Source: Desulfobacteraceae bacterium UBA2245
GTDB taxonomy: Bacteria > Desulfobacterota > Desulfobacteria > Desulfobacterales > UBA2245
Assembly: GCA_002347265.1 (NCBI GenBank)
Contig: DDYB01000032.1
Span: 193,389-257,388, forward strand
Direction: 5' to 3'
DNA: 64,000 nt
Positions within the stretch are counted from its first letter, which is position 1; the number at the start of each line of letters is the position of its first letter. The translations under genes were made by a program, and so were the position numbers. This document shows positions 58,047-64,000 of this stretch, one piece after another. The notes under the pieces are model-generated. The model made no database searches and was not told where the DNA came from. It saw only the letters and a list, made by a program, of their open reading frames with translations.

Positions 58047-58736
58047 ATGCATGAAATCCTCAAAATTCTGAATCAGAGTCAGTTGTTCGGCGGTCTGGAC
58101 GCATCCAGCCTTCGCTGCATTCGGGAGATAGCGGCAGATCAGGTTTTCAGCAAGGGCGGGATGATTTTTTCGGACGGCGAACCGGGCCGGGGGTTCTATC
58201 TGGTCGCGGGCGGCCGGGTGAAGGTTTACAAGATCTCGGCCGATGGGAAAGAGCAGATTCTTCACGTTGTCGGGCCCGGTGAGTCGATCGGCGCGGTGGC
58301 GGTTTTTTCAGGGAAATCCTATCCGGCCAATGCCCAGGCGATTTTAAAAAGCCGTCTGCTGTTTTTCCCCAGGTCGCGCTTCGTGGCGCTTCTGGCCGCA
58401 AACCCCGAGCTGACCATGAATCTTCTGGCGGTCTTTGCCAGACGCCTTCGGGAATTTACCCTTCAGATCGAAAGCCTTTCCTTGAAGGAAATTCCAGGAC
58501 GCCTTGCATCCTACCTGCTGGATCAGGCCGAAAAACAGAAAACGCCGGACGCAGTTTGCCTGGAGGTTTCCAGGTCCCAGCTGGCCGATATTCTCGGCGC
58601 GGCGCCCGAGTCCCTGTCCAGGGCCTTTGCCGGCATGAGCCGATTGAGGCTCATCGAGGCTCGGGGCGCGCAGATCCGGTTCCTGGACCCTTGCGGGCTT
58701 CAGGAACTCGCGGCATACGGAAAGGGGCCAAGGTGA
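58047..58736 (+). CDS. Crp/Fnr-family transcriptional regulator (HcpR-like by context)
   Basis: cNMP-binding beta-barrel plus a C-terminal HTH (SRSQLADILGAAPESLSRAF). Confidence 0.85.
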   Translation: MHEILKILNQSQLFGGLDASSLRCIREIAADQVFSKGGMIFSDGEPGRGFYLVAGGRVKVYKISADGKEQILHVVGPGESIGAVAVFSGKSYPANAQAILKSRLLFFPRSRFVALLAANPELTMNLLAVFARRLREFTLQIESLSLKEIPGRLASYLLDQAEKQKTPDAVCLEVSRSQLADILGAAPESLSRAFAGMSRLRLIEARGAQIRFLDPCGLQELAAYGKGPR

Positions 58737-58863
58737 CGCTCCGACCCGATCATAAAATTCACACCCAAAGAAGTCTATTCCAATTACGGCACAATTGCGG
58801 TATTAAAATTTTTATTTGTGCCGGCTGTCGCCGGGCTCAAGGAATTTTCAAGGAGAGTGAATC

Positions 58864-59247
58864 ATGCTGGAACCTTTAACCAAAGCCGGTCCGGATACGG
58901 TGCGCGTCGGGGTGCTTGAGGTCATTGATTATCAATACGCCGGACGTCGGGATATCGATATCTCAATCTCGCAGCCCGAATTCACCTCGGTGTGTCCGAA
59001 GACCGGGCTGCCGGATTTCGGAACCATCATCATCCAGTATCGACCCAAGGATAAAATCATCGAGCTCAAATCCCTGAAGTATTACCTGCTGCAGTACCGG
59101 AACGTCGGAATCTTTTATGAGCATGTGGTCAACCGGATTCTCGATGATCTTGTCGCCGCCGTTCAGCCCAGATGGATGAAGCTCACCGGTGAATTTACCG
59201 CGCGGGGAGGCATTGCAACCCGGGTCGTGGCTGCATACGAGGAATAA
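58864..59247 (+). CDS. queF: NADPH-dependent 7-cyano-7-deazaguanine (preQ0) reductase, type I
   Basis: [21 protein letters not shown] and [12 protein letters not shown] motifs. Confidence 0.9.
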   Translation: MLEPLTKAGPDTVRVGVLEVIDYQYAGRRDIDISISQPEFTSVCPKTGLPDFGTIIIQYRPKDKIIELKSLKYYLLQYRNVGIFYEHVVNRILDDLVAAVQPRWMKLTGEFTARGGIATRVVAAYEE

Positions 59248-59248
59248 T

Positions 59249-60175
59249 ATGAAAACCAACCGTCTGCGAGTTTTTTTTCAATTCGTCGTTCTTTTTTTCA
59301 TGGTCAGCGCCGTCATCGGGTGCGGTATGTTTTCCGGAATCAAGAAAACGACCGGCAGGATCGCCCGTGATATCACCGGGTCCGGCTCCGGATTAAAAAA
59401 GAAGGTGGCCATCGGGTGGGTTCAGGATGCCACAAGCTTTTCCGGAACGGATCTGGGGACTTATTTCGGTGTGCGTCTGGCCGAGGATATTGGCAGGGCC
59501 TGTTCAGACATGCTGCTGGCCGGCGCCGGAGAGTCGGAGGGTCTGAAGGCATTTTTTGCCAAGAATTCCGGTCGTCCGGAACCGGTCTTGCTGGCCGATG
59601 CCGGAAGAGCCATGGGCCTTAATGCTGTTTTGTCCGCCCGTATTCTCGAGACCGGTACATTTTTAAAGCCTGCGGGAATGCTCTGGTTCAAAGGGAATGA
59701 AACCTGGCTGCGGATGATTTTTAATATTGAGGTTTATGATACGGAAACCGGCGCCAAGCTGCTGGCCGAAAATCTGATCCATGAAATGGAGCTTGAGGGC
59801 GAAGAGCCTCAGCATATCGATGAAAAGAAGGCGCAGGGCCTGTCTTTTCTCAAATCGGCCATGGATGAACCCTTGTCCGATCTGGCTGAAAAAATCTGCG
59901 ACGCGCTTCACGCCGAACCCTGGAAATCCTATGTGACCTCGGTTTCCGGCGATGCTGTCGTGCTGTCCGCAGATAAGAATTCGGGTTTGATTCCGGGCGA
60001 CACTCTGGTCGTTTATCAAAGCCGTCGGGTGATCGCCGGGGTGGAAGGCCGGTATTATCTGCCCGGCGTCAAGATCGGCGAAATTCAAATTACCGGCGTT
60101 CATGCAAATCGGTCCGAAGCCGTCAGGGTATCCGGCGAGGCTGTGGCTGTCGGAGATATGGTCAAAAAACGCTGA
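59249..60175 (+). CDS. hypothetical lipoprotein
   Basis: Signal peptide with a VIGCG lipobox. The ATG is 1 nt after the queF stop. No family was recognised. Confidence 0.6.
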   Translation: MKTNRLRVFFQFVVLFFMVSAVIGCGMFSGIKKTTGRIARDITGSGSGLKKKVAIGWVQDATSFSGTDLGTYFGVRLAEDIGRACSDMLLAGAGESEGLKAFFAKNSGRPEPVLLADAGRAMGLNAVLSARILETGTFLKPAGMLWFKGNETWLRMIFNIEVYDTETGAKLLAENLIHEMELEGEEPQHIDEKKAQGLSFLKSAMDEPLSDLAEKICDALHAEPWKSYVTSVSGDAVVLSADKNSGLIPGDTLVVYQSRRVIAGVEGRYYLPGVKIGEIQITGVHANRSEAVRVSGEAVAVGDMVKKR

Positions 60176-60210
60176 ATTTTTTCCTCAAGTCCGCGTGATA
60201 TGATTTGCGT

Positions 60211-60253
60211 TTCCGGCAGGGACTCTAAAAATTAGACCCTGCCGGAATTTTTT
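60211..60253 (+). terminator. rho-independent terminator after lipoprotein gene
   Basis: TTCCGGCAGGG ... CCCTGCCGGAA (11 bp) followed by TTTTTT. Confidence 0.7.
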
Positions 60254-60254
60254 A

Positions 60255-61253
60255 TCAATTCTGCCGGCCGTTTTCCATTGATTCAAGCATTTTCCGGTAG
60301 CAATCGATGAATTCCATGGCCTGATCCCTGGAGGAAATCCTGCTGATGGCCTGGCGGAACCGGCTGCTGCCGGGCAATCCCTTGACAAACCAGCTCAGAC
60401 GGCTGCGCATCATCCGGCATGCCCGGCTTTCTCCGAAATATTTCACCGACATGCCGAGATAATCGAGCATGGTTTGAAATCTCAATTCCATATCCGCTTC
60501 GAATCGCGGTTCAGCGTTGAGTCGCCGGCGGATCTGCTCGAAAATCCAGGGATTACCGATGGTGCCTCGGCCGATCATGACCCCGTCGCAGCCGGTCTGC
60601 TCCATCATGTAGACGGCGTCCCGGGCATTCTGAATATCACCGTTTCCAATGACTGGTATTCGCAGGCGTTCTTTCAGGGCGCCGATCAGCGAATGAAAGG
60701 CTTTCCCGGAAAACCCCTGAGTTGCGGTGCGCGGATGGATGGCGACTGCGTCCACGCCGCAGTCCTGAGCGATCTGGGCGATGCAGATCGCCTGATCCCC
60801 GGAAGGGTTCCATCCGGTCCGGATTTTGATGGTCAGGGGAATGGAGACGGACTTGCGGACGGATCTGAGTATGGCTTCCGCCTTTTCAGGCGTTTTCATC
60901 AGGGCTGAACCGGCGCCGGACTTAAGCACCTTTTTGACGGAACAGCCGAAATTGATGTCCAGAATGTCTGCGCCCGAGTCCTGAACCATGGCGGCGGCCT
61001 CGGCCATGATGGCCGGATCGGCGCCGAAAATCTGGACGGACAGGGGCTTTTCTCCGGGGCAGCTGATCAACAGCTGGCGGGTTTTTTCCGAGCCGTAGAC
61101 CAAGCCGTTTGCACTGATCATTTCCGAACAGACCAGTCCGCAGTCGTAAGCCTTGGCCAGGAGCCGGAAAGGAAGATCGGTGATTCCGGCCATCGGCGCC
61201 ATGACTGTCGGTGGATCTATGACCAGGGGGCCGATTTTAAGCAAGGGTTTCAT
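60255..61253 (-). CDS. dus: tRNA-dihydrouridine synthase
   Basis: MAPMAGITD, FGCSVKKV, IHPRT, NGDI motifs. The start is set at Met 61253. Confidence 0.88.
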   Translation of the reverse strand: MKPLLKIGPLVIDPPTVMAPMAGITDLPFRLLAKAYDCGLVCSEMISANGLVYGSEKTRQLLISCPGEKPLSVQIFGADPAIMAEAAAMVQDSGADILDINFGCSVKKVLKSGAGSALMKTPEKAEAILRSVRKSVSIPLTIKIRTGWNPSGDQAICIAQIAQDCGVDAVAIHPRTATQGFSGKAFHSLIGALKERLRIPVIGNGDIQNARDAVYMMEQTGCDGVMIGRGTIGNPWIFEQIRRRLNAEPRFEADMELRFQTMLDYLGMSVKYFGESRACRMMRSRLSWFVKGLPGSSRFRQAISRISSRDQAMEFIDCYRKMLESMENGRQN

Positions 61254-62157
61254 CACTTTGAAAATATTTCTGATTTGCGCCGGCATTCTTGGCCGGACTG
61301 GCGTAACAGTACAGACAGCCATGGCGGCACGGGTGATGACGATAGGATCCGATATCTCTGGATCGGGTGCATCGGCAGCCGGCTTTAACTCGCTGTCCGG
61401 CGTCTTTTTTCAGGCACGGCGAACCCCCGAAAAGCTCGGCCAGCAATGGCCCGGAAATACAGGAACTCGGCCCGGCATTGGCATTTTTTCCCAATTGCGC
61501 CAGTACCTGCGGTTCGCAGCATACTTCCAGCGCCATTCCACAGTTTTCAAGAATCGTTCCGAGCTTCGTCAGAACCTGTACTCTGGTTTCAAGGGGCGGG
61601 CCAATCCATTGCACCTCTGAATTCAGGCGGTTTCTTTGCCGAATTTTGGGGTAATGGTCCATGAAACTGGTGATGCAGCGCCGGATTCCCATGCGTGCGG
61701 CTGTCCGGGCAACCCATGTAAAATCATGCAGATTGTCCATCAGTTCGTTGTTCCGGTTCCGGTAAAAACAGATCGGATCGAATCTCCAGGTAACGGTTGC
61801 CGGGTTGAAATGTCTGCAAAGATATTCAAGCTGCTCAAGCCGCTGCTGCAGGGACGGAATTCCGGGCTCCAGAAGCGGAGCCCGCGAATTGACGGTAAAC
61901 TGAAAGTACAGGCGATAGCCCTGGCGGGTCAGTTTTTCTCCGGCTTCGGATCGGATGAACGGACCGAAATTCTTGGACCAGAACACGATGGAATGGACCC
62001 TGTCGGCGGCGGCCTGAATTCTGTAAATCCTGCCGTTATATGGATTGGGCGTTTCAAAGAACCCGAGACGGATCCGTTCCATGAACCAGTTCATGTAGAA
62101 GGCTGGAATATCGGTCCGCCTGGAGGCTGAGATCACGATTTTTTCAGTGCAGTTCAT
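61237..62157 (-). CDS. DUF1848-type protein with C-terminal Cys cluster
   Basis: SASRRTDIPAFY N-terminal signature as recalled for DUF1848, plus a CRCTRSRDIGSYRHHPCRHGCLYCYA tail. It overlaps the dus start by 17 nt. Confidence 0.65.
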   Translation of the reverse strand: MNCTEKIVISASRRTDIPAFYMNWFMERIRLGFFETPNPYNGRIYRIQAAADRVHSIVFWSKNFGPFIRSEAGEKLTRQGYRLYFQFTVNSRAPLLEPGIPSLQQRLEQLEYLCRHFNPATVTWRFDPICFYRNRNNELMDNLHDFTWVARTAARMGIRRCITSFMDHYPKIRQRNRLNSEVQWIGPPLETRVQVLTKLGTILENCGMALEVCCEPQVLAQLGKNANAGPSSCISGPLLAELFGGSPCLKKDAGQRVKAGCRCTRSRDIGSYRHHPCRHGCLYCYASPAKNAGANQKYFQSDETLA

Positions 62158-62166
62158 GATGCGTTG

Positions 62167-62499
62167 TTACTGCTTTTTGAGATTCGCCAGTGAGATGATT
62201 TTTGCCCGCGGCTTTTTTTCGGAAGTTTCGGCGGCATCGTTGCAGGGAGTATCCGGCTGAGGCGTTTTGGAACATTCGACTTTTTCCAGGCGCACCTTTC
62301 GCCCGCCCATGGTGAATTCCGCGCCGTTGATGTAGGTGTCTTTCAATATCCATGAGACGGTTTGCAGCGGAACCTGAAGCAGCAGCAGTTTGACATGATA
62401 CCAACTGGCTTTGTTGTCCGCGGCAATATCCTCGATTCTAGCGAAGATCAAGGGCTTGTCTTCAAAGTGAATCAGTACGAGATCGTTGATCGTGGCCAT
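62167..62499 (-). CDS. hypothetical protein (110 aa)
   Basis: An ORF heading the DUF1848-dus transcription unit, 9 nt from the next gene. No recognisable motif. Confidence 0.45.
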   Translation of the reverse strand: MATINDLVLIHFEDKPLIFARIEDIAADNKASWYHVKLLLLQVPLQTVSWILKDTYINGAEFTMGGRKVRLEKVECSKTPQPDTPCNDAAETSEKKPRAKIISLANLKKQ

Positions 62500-62921
62500 A
62501 CGGCGGGTTCGCTATGCCTTTCTTTTTGTTATGAATTCAGAAAACCACTATGACACAGGAGAAAGTTTCTGTAAAGCGCTTCGAAGGAGTTCGAAGACGG
62601 CGCACAATCTTTGTCTTGGCGGAATAAACTTCTTGACAAAAAATTAAGCGCCGATTTAACTGTTAAGTAGTATTAAATATTGGACGATTAAACAGATACA
62701 TGCCTGAACGGAGCCGGTTGAGTTGTCTTGATTTCAGGACTCCCGGGCGCCTTCCGAAAAGTTCCGCGTTTAGACCTGACAAAATAATGCTCATCTGTGC
62801 TTCGATCTGAGTTTGTTGAGGCAATAGTTGTTCTATCCTGTCTGAAAGTGAATGTTCGGCGGACATCCCGGCTTAAAGGGGAAGCGCAACAACCTGACGA
62901 TGAAAAAATAAAGGAGGGATT

Positions 62922-63455
62922 ATGATCAACAAGGAAATGCTGTCGAAAATGAAAATTTTTTCAGGTGTTCAAGGTGAAAAACTTTCAGAAATCGCTTCAA
63001 AATGCAGCCTGATGGAGATGAAGGCCAATGAAGTCATTTTCAAGCAGGGGGATGAGGCCAGGGATTTTTATGGTCTGCTTGAAGGGGAGGTGGAACTGAG
63101 CCTTGTTTTCAAGGATGAATTTCTCAGGCTGGACATCCGATACGAATATTCGATTGTCGCCAAACGTGAAATCATCGAAAAACCGATTGTGGTGGAAACC
63201 ATCCATCCGGGGGAGGTATTCGGATGGTCTTCGGTCGTCACCGACGGAAGATGGACTGCCGGCGCCCGCTGTTCCAAGCCAAGCCGGATTTTTTCGATTC
63301 CGGCCAAAATTTTTAAATCGATTCTGGATAAAGATCCCTCGCTCGGGTATGCGGTGATGCAAAATCTGAACGAGGTTGTTTCCAGCCGCTTGCAGCACCG
63401 AACGGATAAGCTGATAGAAGCCTGGGGAGAAGCCTTCGATTTGAACAAAATATAA
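62922..63455 (+). CDS. cyclic-nucleotide-binding domain protein (no output domain)
   Basis: cNMP-binding beta-barrel pattern (IFKQGDEARDFYGLLEGEVEL...GEVFGW). AAGGAGG RBS. Confidence 0.75.
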   Translation: MINKEMLSKMKIFSGVQGEKLSEIASKCSLMEMKANEVIFKQGDEARDFYGLLEGEVELSLVFKDEFLRLDIRYEYSIVAKREIIEKPIVVETIHPGEVFGWSSVVTDGRWTAGARCSKPSRIFSIPAKIFKSILDKDPSLGYAVMQNLNEVVSSRLQHRTDKLIEAWGEAFDLNKI

Positions 63456-63578
63456 TTGCAGGGCTTATGCCTGTGCTTTACAGAATGCCTTTATCCGTCA
63501 GCTTCCGGTATGATGCATTGATGGCAGAGCCTCATTTCCCGCCTTAAAAAATGAGGCTCCGCGTTTTAAGGAGATTTT

Positions 63579-64000
63579 ATGTATGCAAATTCCACAGACC
63601 CCTTAGGAGATGCCCTGACAAGTTACATCCAAGGAGACCTTTTGTCCAAGGTCGTGGTTTACCGGGATGACGGCCTTTCCGAGGACCTGATGATGAGCCG
63701 TTTTTTCCAGGAGCCCTCAAAGTTTACGCTGGTGGAAAAAACAGCCCTGGAAAACTGCCGGGGGCGGGTGCTGGATATCGGCGGAGGCGCAGGGCGTTAC
63801 AGCCTTGCGTTGCAGAGCAGAGGCCTTCGCGTGTGCGCCATCGACATCAGTCCGGCTGCCGTTGAAATCATGAAGCGCCGGGGTGTACGGGATGCGCGGG
63901 TTGCCGATATTTTTAAATTTGAACCCGCCCAGGTTTTCGACACCCTGCTGATGATGATGCACGGAATCGGTATTGTGGAAAATCTGGCCGGGCTGGAGAA
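63579..64000 (+). CDS. class I SAM-dependent methyltransferase, 5' part (runs off window)
   Basis: VLDIGGGAGRYSL motif I. The frame is open to the window end, and the ORF is absent from the ORF track because no stop is reached. Confidence 0.7.
   Translation, partial: MYANSTDPLGDALTSYIQGDLLSKVVVYRDDGLSEDLMMSRFFQEPSKFTLVEKTALENCRGRVLDIGGGAGRYSLALQSRGLRVCAIDISPAAVEIMKRRGVRDARVADIFKFEPAQVFDTLLMMMHGIGIVENLAGLE

Noticed and set aside
58737-58863. Possible preQ1 riboswitch upstream of queF.
   Set aside because: There is no recognisable preQ1-I/II consensus (no compact hairpin followed by an A-rich tail with the conserved CCC...AAAAAACUA-type elements).
1-64000. Scan for CRISPR arrays, tRNA/rRNA genes, transposases, integrases, phage genes and toxin-antitoxin pairs.
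   Set aside because: No regularly spaced direct repeats, no cloverleaf-like or rRNA-like segments that I could recognise, and no recombinase-like ORFs. The Mo/W island therefore shows no visible hallmarks of recent mobility.

Overview
This is a chromosomal window from what looks like a strictly anaerobic Desulfobacterota-type bacterium. That assignment is an inference from gene content (periplasmic Tat-exported selenocysteine FdhAB, TupABC, HcpR/FrdX-like pair); the sequence looks moderately GC-rich by eye. Layout: (1) 1-20.3 kb is housekeeping: fabF 3' end, rpiB, glyA, dCMP deaminase, nrdR, ribD-ribE-ribBA-ribH-nusB, an MBL hydrolase, an mltF-like gene, ispG, proS, rel, rpmB, bamD, trxB-trxA and nadE. 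(2) About 20.6-47.0 kb is an unusually dense molybdenum/tungsten island. It holds a small conserved protein divergent from padR, then a TonB-dependent receptor, an ECF-type ABC transporter and a stand-alone TiaS-kinase-domain-like protein. Next come an HTH gene, two tandem TupA paralogs, tupBC, a second copy of the small protein and a single molybdenum-storage-protein (MoSto)-like gene. These are followed by an XRE-HTH/PBP-like regulator, DUF364, modABC, an FmdE/MoeA-like fusion, a truncated ModE-like regulator, fdhE-fdhB-fdhA(Sec), a decayed fdhA N-terminal relic and a second truncated ModE-like regulator. (3) 47.6-64 kb holds a P-type Ca-type ATPase, a signal-peptide pcm overlapping a polytopic spermidine-synthase-like protein, and an acyl-AMP ligase/carrier/acyltransferase tri-domain protein. 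It also holds ppiB, the frdX-like/crp-fnr pair, queF, a lipoprotein, a hypothetical-DUF1848-dus operon, a cNMP-binding protein and a methyltransferase 5' fragment. I found no rRNA, tRNA, CRISPR array, transposase or integrase. The best candidates for something undescribed are three. First, the paralogous 67/71-aa basic proteins tied to the metal-uptake loci. Second, the TBDT-ECF-TiaS-like operon. Third, the tupABC/small-protein/single-subunit MoSto-like arrangement. All domain calls come from reading the translated ORFs and recalling family motifs; no database search was run.
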